DNA of 64,000 nt from Ionaspis alba (Eukaryota): assembly GCA_964255285.1 (NCBI GenBank), contig CAXUUL010000002.1:62001-126000 (forward strand), given 5' to 3'. A program made the translations under genes and the position numbers. Shown one piece after another: positions 52,512 through 62,660 of this stretch (its first letter is position 1; the number at the start of each line of letters is the position of its first letter). Below the pieces are notes generated by a model. That model was not told where the DNA came from. It ran no database searches and was given only the letters and a program-made list of their open reading frames with translations.

Positions 52512-53074
52512 TCTGTTGGTCGGAACAGCTTTGATACTTTGCGGTTCTGAACGTCCACTGATCGTTAATCAGGCGTGTCCCGCGGGCAATATGCTTGACG
52601 GCCCGACAGTTTCTCCTTCATCCTTACTTCTCATAGCCCTGTCATGGACCGACGTTGTCTTCAACCACCCTCTCTAAGTGCATGATGCATTATCTAGATC
52701 CGGGATGAGTCACAGGCTCGATCAGCACAATTCCTTTTCATGATTGGCGAGACTTAGTAGAACAGTCGAAGATTCCGTAAGGCCATTGAGGTGATACCTT
52801 ACAGTATGCAACGAACCCCGTGGACCATAATGTGGATGATATTGAAGTTTTATAGGAAGGAACCACTCATAGCATAGCCAAAGACCTAATATAGAGGATA
52901 TAGCTTTTGTGATTACTATTATAACAGACTAACAGAGTGGTATCTAGCTACAGAGCCACAACGCCGTGATTCAATGGTCATTAACTATTAATGTCGTATA
53001 ATCTTGTGACTCATTGGACATTCATACATGACCGGAAAACACCCCTCGGTCGTACATCATTAAGAACTGTAGAC

Positions 53075-54929
53075 TCATACAAGAGCACTGATAATTATTA
53101 GCTACTTTCCGGGTACTAGAACAATAAATATCACTCACCCATTAGGTCGGGAAGGCGGAGAAGTATTCGCGCCAGTCAGATTCAGGAAATTCTTGGTATT
53201 GCCTGCAGCATTGCCCTTAGTTGGGATACCCTGAGCTTTGCAGATCCTGAGATGTTGATCAGGGATCTTCTGCGTGTCTTGCAAGATCAAAGGAGATTCG
53301 ATGAAGGTGGCTGTGAGACCGGCTTCGACGTGCCATTCGATGTGACAGTGGAACAGGAACACGCGTGAGCAAAGAAGTCAGCGGAGTGCATTTATTCAAC
53401 AGCAGACAGGGAGACTTATCAGGATTGTCGGCTTTGAACCTAAGAACCACATGGCCAGATCCCTCCGTCTTGACGACATCGCGCCGTATGGGGGTACGAG
53501 GGAATCCACCTTTCCGTCCAGGGTACGGACCTGCACCTTTCTCGGATCTGGCAATGACCTGAAACTGATGCCCGTGGAGATGCATTGGGTGTCCACCGCC
53601 ATCGGCGTTGTTGATAACTAACTCAATGATCTCGTTCGGTTTGAGCACGAAGGCGTTCGAGTTCACTCCGTAGACAAGAGGGTTGGCGGCGTCCTTGCCT
53701 GTTGTCATAGCCGTGTAGAGTGTTGGTACCTTTTGTTCAAGGTAGGTTACACCGTTAAATACCGCCCTGAAGAATGCGTTAATTGACAGTTTCAATGGAA
53801 TTAGATCTCTTGAGTTGTACTAACCTGTTTGATCCCTCGATGGTTTCGAAATCAAGATTTAGAGTAACAGTGCGATCGACAGGTCCAAGCAATTTTTGAC
53901 CGTCTTCAGGTTTCAGAAGGAAGTCATCAAAACCACTCTTTGGCGCGATCTCGGGAGGGCTGCGTGGAAGTGGCGCATAGTCATCATAGACAAGATAGCC
54001 TGTCACGTTGGGTTTCAAGTCGGTGGGTATAGAGTCGAACATGTCCTGGTCAAAAGCACCCAGGAATGCATAGTTCTTCTTTGGATTCCCCTTTGCTTCG
54101 ATAATGACACTATATCGCTGCGCAGTGGTGACATAGATTGTATCGGTCTTTTGTTTCTCGGTGTACACTCCATCGACCTCGACGATTGTCATAGGATGGT
54201 CATCAAAGTGGACGTATTGCGCAGCAAACGCGGCCATGTTGATAATTCTGACGAGATATTTCCGGCCCGGCTTAAGGTGGAACTTGATGTTTTGGGCATC
54301 GTTCATGAGAGCAGTCTTTGGTACAGGCTCGCCTCCCTCTGGATTTGCAGTGTTCGAGACATAGAAGTTGATGAGGCCAGGCATTTGTTCATGGTACCAG
54401 TCCGAAAGTGTCAAGACGAGCTCCTCGTCATAGTCATGCCTATACGGAGATTGAGGATCGTGGATGATGAGAGGCCCTCGAAGGCCATCAGGATACTGGC
54501 CCTTATTATGAGAATGATACCAGTATGTACCTGATTGATTTACCTGGCCCAACTCGTCAGCATCCGCTGGTCAAATGTAAAAGTGGAGGTACTACTTACC
54601 ACGAAATCATAGGTGAATTTCGATCCTGGCGGGATGGGGCACTGGGTGACACCACTCGGTCCATCCATAGCATTCGAGCCTTGTTGGAAAAGGCCATGGA
54701 AGTGGAGACTGGTGCTCTCATTTCCCAGGCTGTTTGTGACATCGATAACAACGCGGTCGCCAACCGACGCCTCGATAGCGGGACAAGGCCACTTTCCGTT
54801 GATACCAATGACAGGTCTTTCCAGCAGACCATCCGGGTTAGCCTTGACCCACGAGATGTCCCAGTTGTACCTAACGACGTCCGCCACAGCCAAGTGCAGG
54901 AACAGAAGGGAGTATAGTATAATATTCAT
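53075..54929 (-). CDS. Secreted Fet3-like multicopper oxidase (ferroxidase/laccase family), no C-terminal TM anchor
   Basis: Signal peptide and all four Cu motifs: [24 protein letters not shown]...L. Introns 54544-54599, 53767-53824, 53365-53419 (AT-AC) and 53088-53138; ends ...PNGALV*. Confidence 0.92.
53365..53419 (-). other. Non-canonical AT-AC spliceosomal intron (55 nt, U2-type signals)
   Basis: Minus strand: AAT CCT G|ATAAGTctcc...ccGCTGACttctttgctcAC|GC GTG TTC CTG TTC CAC TGT CAC. Removal restores [16 protein letters not shown]. Confidence 0.85.
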
Positions 54930-57900
54930 GGTGAGGAAGGGAGGCAGAGCAGGAATGAGGGAGTTTCAAAGGGGCATGCACGGTGAAAGCCAAGGAACTG
55001 GCCATGATTATATAGTGTCACTTCACGATCACCAGAACGGTATTCACCATGTCAGACCGTCACCGTGACTGCGGATTCAATATTCAGCCTCCTCGCCAGC
55101 TGAGGACATCGCCCGCTGCAGAAGCATATTGCACCAACAGTAGATAGTACCAATGCCAGGCTGCAACAGCGAATGAGCATTGCCGGATCAATAAACTGGG
55201 GATTCGCGCACGAGACCTAGAGAGCCTCTCGTATTCTCTAGACCCGCCCAGCTGAGTGTAGTAACACATTTCGCAAAAGCAGAAAAAAGCGAAGGAAGCG
55301 AATCTGACGAGAAGATACACGACAAGGACTTGGCCCGACTGGCTGGGCCCGTTCCTACATGAGTTCAGGTGTCAGCCAACGCGAGAAGGCGTTGCCGAGA
55401 CTGGAGGCGCGACGCGGGAGAGAGGGCAGAGAGTGACCGCCAGGGTCCCACTTTTGGCCAGTAAGGAAATGAAAAAGTGTTCGGAGCACCGCAGCAGCGG
55501 ATTCGGTGAATTACCTCCGGTAGATGAATGTAGCATGCATCTCTCGTGGTCGGCTGCGCGTGGGAGAGAGCCAGAAATATCTTTCGTGTTACCACGGTCA
55601 GCCATCCGAAAGTGAGACGTAGGATTCGAGTCCGTAGTCGCACGGGTGAGACCTGAGAGGCTCTGTCGGCGTCCGCAAAATTTGATCCAGACAATCCGAT
55701 GTCGTGATAGGCTGCCTGGAATAATAGAATGCTCAGGATAGTCTAAGCCAAGGCTTCCGCCTTTGCTACGCCTTTCTTTCCCCCATTCGTAGACCGAAAA
55801 TACCAAAACATCAGGCTCAGATACCAACGCCGGGCTAAATTCTGGTTAACACGTTGGCTTCCCCGCAGTCGTTAGCAAAGCTGAATAAAGGCTTCATCAA
55901 TCTTACCTGTTCCAATACTATGAATGTCCGGAACGCTTTCTTTTTTTGCCTTTCCAGATTCCTCACGCTGAGATCTATCGCTGTTTTCGTTGAACTTTGT
56001 CGAAAGGTGTCCAACTAGACAAGCCCCCTTCTTGGCTGCGGCTGTCCAGTGGTGCCTCGATTCCATTTTCGTCTCGGCCCATCCCATCGTGGTTGTGCGC
56101 AACTGGCTGATCGGGGTCCTCGTGGGGGCGGGTCGCAAGATGGCATGCCATATTGGAGGTCGCCAGAAAGCTGGACAGAAAACTTGGAGTCTCGCTTCTC
56201 TGCGTCCGCCTTGAGGCCTTGGCATGGCTCAAGACTTCCTGGTGCAACGTTGAGTAGATAGTCTACATGCACCAAAAGCAGAAAGGATCGGAGCCAGGTC
56301 CCGTTATTATCTCCATCCTTTGTATTGGCTTGTGGACAACTTGCAATTTCCATTCATGTACAGTACGTCGGCTGATGCAAATGCAACAGAAGAATCTGGT
56401 CTATAATATGCCGTCATATCGCACACGGTCCCTTCGAGTGCCTGCTCGTTTCCATTATCAATCTACGCGCAAGATATTTCTACCGTCCTTCACCACGGTG
56501 TAGACTCGGTCAAAGTCCCTTCTAGACTCGCATACTTTTAAGTTTAGTAGTATGTAGTGTTGCCTAGCTCATCTTGTTCTAGACAACTACTATCTACACA
56601 CTGTCCGTTCCCTTCGGAGCAGCCAGATCCCCGCGACCAACTTCTGGTATGGGAGATCATTAGCAATAGCAAGCACTTCGTTCGTCAAAAGCTGGCCTCG
56701 AAGCTTGCTGGCTTATGCCAAGCCGTGATGCAGCCTCTCTTTCGGCGAGCTGGATGCTTAGTTCGACCTCGTGTCCGGGCCAGTTCCCAGGTGCCAAGTA
56801 ACTGCTGTGGTAGAGAGAATCCGAAAGTCTCTCGACAGATTAGGTAGACTACTCTACTTGCACACTTTGTTGATCTGGAACTTCCTAAATGTGCGGGGAG
56901 GATCTCTTTCGGAAGTGCGGCTGAAGGACAGTGGCCTCTGATTAGATCCTGGCAAGGTTGTCCCTTGTTCCCTGTCAAGTGCGATCTGAAATGGCGATGT
57001 TCTTCCACTTGCCGATGATGTCCTGAGTGCTGCAAACAAAGATTCTTTCAATGATTGAGAGATTATTGGCTGCACGACAAACAGCATGAAGAGACTGCCC
57101 GCTAACTACCCTATTATGGTTTTGAATGCCCAATGATAGACATGCACTCCGAATGTGAAGGGTGTCCAGCGATCGCCTGGCTTTCTTGTACCTTTAGGCC
57201 ATTTTGAATTCAAGACGTGCGTGCAATATCATACTTCTTCTGCTCTCCTAGATAGCTGGCTTTTAGACATCAAGGCTGCGCTAGTTGCATCGTGTTTCTA
57301 CACCGTCACTCATGTTCATTTGCACACGTCCACCCCCTATTGAAGCATTTCGATTCCACGTAAAAGTATCCCATTTACGACCCATACCGCTGCCTCAACC
57401 ACATTCTCCCAATCTCTCCTATGCAGTTCTCAGATTTCCATGTCGGTTACTTTGACGGTCAGAAATGCGCCTCTGTTGCAACATCCCCACTGCACTTCTC
57501 ACCTCAATCTCTTCCACGACTCTGGGGAGCCAATAACTGTATTGCTGTTCTACGTCGGCCTCAAAAGGGGAATCGAAAAATGAAATGGCGTCCCGGAGTG
57601 CTACCAAATACGCATTAGTAGTGTTGTCGAAGGATTTGGCACCGATGCCGCCCTCGCAAGCATCAACTACATATAGGAAGAGTTGGCGAACCAATTTGAT
57701 TGAAGGCTCTAGGGCTCTGAAGCAGAAACAAGACTTTGCACGGGGTCGGGGGCATATCCGTATGTAACCTCACCGGCTCCATTCAACGCTCTTGTGACCG
57801 TGTTCTACTTGGTTAGCGTACTCTGGGATCGATCCTTCCGGGCGCCTGTATCAAGGTCTGAGCGATTGCTGATCTGAAGGTGATCCCCCTGGCGCTATCC

Positions 57901-58371
57901 GCTGTAGAGAGTCTTTCCCGGTGGAGCTGAAAAATTCTTTGAGATTGCTCCAATACCCTGCTACCTCCGAGGCGGTCTCATAATTGCCTCGATAGTTTCG
58001 AGATCCATATTCGGCGCACGGTGAGGTCAAGACGAAGAATTTCTGAACCACGCGGTGAGGTCGATGCCAGGTTCTGTAGCGTGTGTAGGTTGCAAAGGCG
58101 GATGAAGTTGGTGATCTTCTGCAAAAGACACTGCTAGTAAGCTTTAAGTTGTCCAGGTGGCCGAGGGGGTCTGGAGACCACTGACAGGAGTTAGGAACGC
58201 TCAAAAGGCACGATACGGTCACATCGGCAACGTGGTCCCAGACTTCTAAATTCTCCACCGTGAATCGATGCGTTGTTGAGAATTTGACCAGGTCGAAGCT
58301 CCACCTACTGGAATTGCTGTATGCTTGCTAGGCTGCTTTGTTTTTGGGAAGTCAAGCTAACTCATCTCTAG

Positions 58372-58830
58372 ACAAGCGGCGGTAAGAGTATCGTGCCCCA
58401 ATTGTTTGTTTTATGGCCTGCTTACCATGTTGGTAGTCGAGACACCTGTATGCAATACGCACTGTACAAAAGTTCGTTCAACAAGCCTACAATACGTACC
58501 CTACGACATCTCTTCTAGGCTTTGAAACCTAGACGGCCGTGAGAACATCGAGCTTCATTTGCTTTACAGCCTGCTTACAATATTGGTAGTCGGAACACCT
58601 GGCAACATCTACTCTAGGATATCTCTCCGAGCTTTTGAGTTTAGACGCCGGTAAGAACATCGAGCCCCATTTGTTCTGCGACTTACTTACAAGATTGGTA
58701 GTCGCAACACCCGCCTACACTACATACTCTACGAAATCTTCTTTGAGCCTTCGAGTTCAGACGCCGGTAAGAACATCGAGCCCCAATTGCTCTGTGGCCT
58801 GCTCACAAGATTGGAAGTCGCAACACCTTT
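58372..58830 (+). repeat. Four degenerate tandem units (112-157 bp spacing), each containing a 51-55 nt intron-like segment
   Basis: Shared core GACGCCG GTAAGAACATCGAGCCCCA.TTG...GCCTGCTTACAAGATTGGTAG TCG.AACACC. Intron-like segments at 58382-58436, 58539-58589, 58651-58701 and 58767-58817. Confidence 0.9.
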
Positions 58831-58839
58831 TTTGCAACA

Positions 58840-59689
58840 CACAAAACCACGACGCTATAGACCCTACTGATCCTCGATACGAGGTCTTTCGTGGAGGGAC
58901 GGATCCATCTACACCAGCATGGTATGTCAACGAAGAAAAGCCATTAAGCAATTAAACGAACGCGGACTTCTACTTCAGGTTCGATACACTAGAGCACAAT
59001 CCATCGAGGCCGACAATTATTTGAAGTCGTTGATGCCCGACGAACTTCATAAACTCCCGTGGAAGCCTTACAGCACGCGCATCAAAACGTATCCCGTCTA
59101 CAACAGCATACGCAAGCACTTTCCTTCCCTTACAAACCCTGCTGTCCCGGGTTGGTGGGGAGAAGATGCTCTTTACGGCTGGATACGAATAATAGCCGAG
59201 TGGATGTGCAACAACGAAGATGCTTTAGAAGAAGAATCCCCCCAAAAAAAGACCAAGTGGCAAGCGTTCGGCAATACCTCAGCGAAGCGCAACCCTGGAA
59301 TTACGATCCCCCTTCAGCATTGCTTTTTCAAGGTTGAGGTAGACACGGATGCGGAGCGCAACGCTCTCGTTCTTTTGGTCGATTTGGCTCCCGACGATCG
59401 CGATACTACGACAGATCTCGACGAAAGGACATTGCGCCTACGAACGTTGGAAGAAATCCTGGTGGAAGATCTACAGCTGAACAAAGATTGAGAGCAAATC
59501 TGCGACGGTGCGAAAGTCTTGGAAGACAACGACTTCTTGGTGATCGTTGACGATGCGCGCAAGCTGCGATCGGCAATAATGACATTGCGCAAATCGGACG
59601 AGGCGGAGATGGCATTGACAGTGCTACGCCTTCCCGATATCTGGCCGATCCATGTTCTAGTGGATCCGCCAAGACGCAACGACAGTTGA
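58840..59689 (+). pseudogene. Disrupted orphan gene
   Basis: 190-aa ORF 58919-59491. A protein-like frame continues past TGA 59489-59491 for 65 codons (EQICDGAKVLEDNDFLVIVDDARKLRSAIMTL...) to TGA 59687-59689. A probable 1-nt deletion in GAAGAAAAGCC (about 58935-58940) separates an upstream piece DPTDPRYEVFRGG...WYVNEE. Confidence 0.55.
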
Positions 59690-60111
59690 CCGTGGGACAG
59701 TACAATGGGAACTAATCTGCGAGAACGTTTATAGGCGCCTAAATTACGCAAACCTCGTCAAGATGAGGAGGAATATCCGGCAGATCGGAGTTTACGTCCA
59801 TGGAAGAGTGAAGACACAAATGTAGTGGACAATGTGACATCCACTCCATCATTTATGGAACAGCTCCATCCCACTCACCATCCTTGATAGGACTCTGTGG
59901 GGAAATACGGAGATGATAGAGAATAGGTCGGTCGAGCATGTCAAGGGCAGGGTTACAGCGACTAGCCGGAGTATTGTCCCCGGGCTCTATGGGAGGCCCG
60001 GTAGGATGGATAGCGATTTTAGGGAGTGTGGGATGTATGTAAGGATGCGCAGGCTCATGTACTACACAGAACGACACACAATATCGTGTAGAAGCTTTAT
60101 TCGAGAAAGCC

Positions 60112-61698
60112 TCAGTCATTATCAAGAGATATACCTCCTATTCGCCGGTCAATAGCTTCCATTGATTGAGCTCCTTGACCTCGTTGCTTCCACGGCAAAC
60201 TGTCCATGTGTTTCCGAGCACTGAGACTTATGCACAAAGTAGGATCAAGGCTCTTGAGTCCAGGTTCCTTCATTATTGCCAGAGCGGCAAGGCCAAAATA
60301 CGAGTGCAGTATGTCTGACCGAGAAGAGTCAGTGGCCAGTCAAGGTTCTGTGGGACAAGGCGGTCGATGAAATCCATGAGACATACCAGGAGGATCTCCG
60401 GGTAATTTTCCAAACCCGCCGATCACATGCTGCGTTTTGTCCAGCAGGAACCGTCGGTTTGCATTGAAATCAAGGAGGTGGACTTTCTTCAGGATCTATG
60501 AACCGTTAAAAGGACGCCTGTGATATAGCTAAATGCAGTGTTCTTACAGCAAGAGTCCCTCCTACCCAGAAGGAGTAACACGTGTCCGCGACTTTGTTGC
60601 ATCGGCCATTGAAACCAGCCCATTGTATATCCTCGGATGGGTGGTTCAGAGATATAGTATCCGAGCTAGCAGGAGCTCTTGAGCCTAAGTCAAGATAGTG
60701 GTGCTCATCGCTGTCATGCCCGTCGACAGAATTTCCCTCTTCCTCAGGCTCATTGTCCTCCTCATCCTCACACAGCACCGAGGTTTGCCTCGATACTAAC
60801 CAGTGCAAGGTCTCATGCACAAAACTCGGACTCGTGGCTGGTTTTGGATTTGAAGCCGCATCAGGGTCGGGTAACCTTCCTAACAACGATAATGCCCCAA
60901 GGCCGCAGTACGTCCATCCAGCTGCATTTCCACACATGAGTAAGGGCAATTATTTTCACCCTGCAGCACAGGCGACGAGGTGCGTACCGTGGGCTTCGTG
61001 GAAGGGAGCTTTGGCTATGCCGCCCTCAAAGCTCTGATCGCATTAGTACAATTGCCAAATCCTTCCGAAAGTCCACATTGTAGTACCTTAGATGCCGTAA
61101 CGAAACTTGCCAAAGCTTCAACATCAATATCCGGGACATCTGTATCCGAACCCTGCCTCCCATCCCTCAAGATCCACCGAACCAGCGCAGCCAGAAAACA
61201 ATATCTCACATCCTGCCCGCCCTCAATCTTGCCACCTTCTCCCAGAACTTCTCCAAAACTTCCATCCCCACATTGTAGCCTCCTCAACCACTCCAAGCAC
61301 TCCTTCCTCTTCACTCTCTCCCAATCATCCCCCAACACAGCCAACGCCGCCAGCGCAAAATAAGTACCCGCCAAATTCGCCGGATCCCAATGTCGGTTTT
61401 CCTCATTCCTCATCGCATCCCCAAAGTTCGTGCCAGTGAAGCCTCTGAATCCTCCATCGGGGTGCTGACAGAGATAGATCCAGTCGATGAAAGCTGCACG
61501 TTCGGAAGCTGTGCTTTTTTCATGCAGCACGCCGAGGAGATCGAGAGCTGAAACGGTGAAGTAGGCTAGTGTCATGCGATTCGAGTCGTTGGAGGTGTAG
61601 GCAGTTGGGAGGTAGGATTTCAGACAGCGGAGCCAGTATTTGATGTGCCGCTCCTTATTGAAAATTGATTTGTCGGGGGTGGAGGGGATCGATGGCAT
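60112..61698 (-). CDS. CDC43: Geranylgeranyltransferase type I beta subunit
   Basis: Introns 61034-61086, 60922-60987, 60496-60547 and 60315-60386. Motifs HIKYWLRCL, DSNRMTLAYF, DVRYCF, HEAHAGWTYC, FNGRCNKVADTCYSFW (Zn ligands D and C), DILHSY (Zn ligand H). Confidence 0.93.
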
Positions 61699-62298
61699 GT
61701 TGTGGACATTCTCGAGTACGAGCTTAGCACTAATATATTGGTTTCATTCTGCTGGAAGTCAATGAAGGAGCCATTGAAGGATGCTCTAAGGCCAGTCAAA
61801 GATGGTAGAAGAGCACCCACAGCGTGTTACACATAAATAGGGCTGGAGCATTGACCAATCGGCAATACCTCTCCCTGACCAAGCCCTAATTGTTATGGTA
61901 CCTGAAATTGGCGTGAGACCGGAGTCCATTCTCGACAAGATACCTGTGATGAAAGCAGGCAAGACTATGAGAAAGGCAGTATGAGTATAGTTAACTACAA
62001 ATATACGGTACGGTCAGACCGGAGAACCTGAAGCGCCATAAAGGCAACGAAACTGTCTGGGAAGAGCCCCTTATAATATTAACCAATTACTTCACGGCCC
62101 GCAAGGATGCTTCTGTTTGTGCAACGACACCAATATAGCCCTAAATGCTCCTCTACCGTCTACTTCATGGCCGAAGAGCATGCTGGGATGGCCTTTACCC
62201 ATGTCATAGCCATGTTCGCAATTGCATGCCATGATTGGAATCGCATTACAATGATGAAATAGACAGTCTTATTAATTCTAAGCTAATGCTAATATTAC

Positions 62299-62660
62299 AC
62301 ATACAAGCGAATGGGAGGAGATCTCCAATATACAATCTTTAAACAACGACATCGAATTTTGGTAGATTTAGAACATTCGGCGTAATTGAAGATCGATAAA
62401 CATACGAGCGAATAGGAGGAGATCTCCAATATACAATCANNNNNNNNNNNNNNNNNNNNNNNNNNNNNNNNNNNNNNNNNNNNNNNNNNNNNNNNNNNNN
62501 NNNNNNNNNNNNNNNNNNNNNNNNNNNNNNNNNNNNNNNATTGAAGATCGATAAACATACGAGCGAATAGGAGGAGATCTCCAATATACAATCACCAAGC
62601 AACGACATCGAATTTTGATAGATTTAGAATATTCAGCGTAAATAAAGATCCGTAAACATA
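62299..62660. repeat. 101-bp tandem repeat spanning a 100-N assembly gap (62440-62539)
   Basis: Unit ACATACGAGCGAATAGGAGGAGATCTCCAATATACAATC...CAACGACATCGAATTTTG.TAGATTTAGAA.ATTC.GCGTAA...AAGATC..TAA. Unit starts at 62299, 62400, 62555 and 62656 (partial). Confidence 0.92.

Noticed and set aside
53365..53419. U12-type interpretation of the AT-AC intron
   Set aside because: The donor is ATAAGT rather than ATATCC, and the branch is GCTGAC rather than TCCTTAAC.
58372..58830. Repeat-spacer appearance resembling a CRISPR array
   Set aside because: Eukaryotic context, the apparent spacers are related to each other, repeats are degenerate and there are no cas genes.
59489..59491. In-frame TGA as selenocysteine
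   Set aside because: Ascomycetes lack the Sec machinery, and other lesions nearby point to decay.
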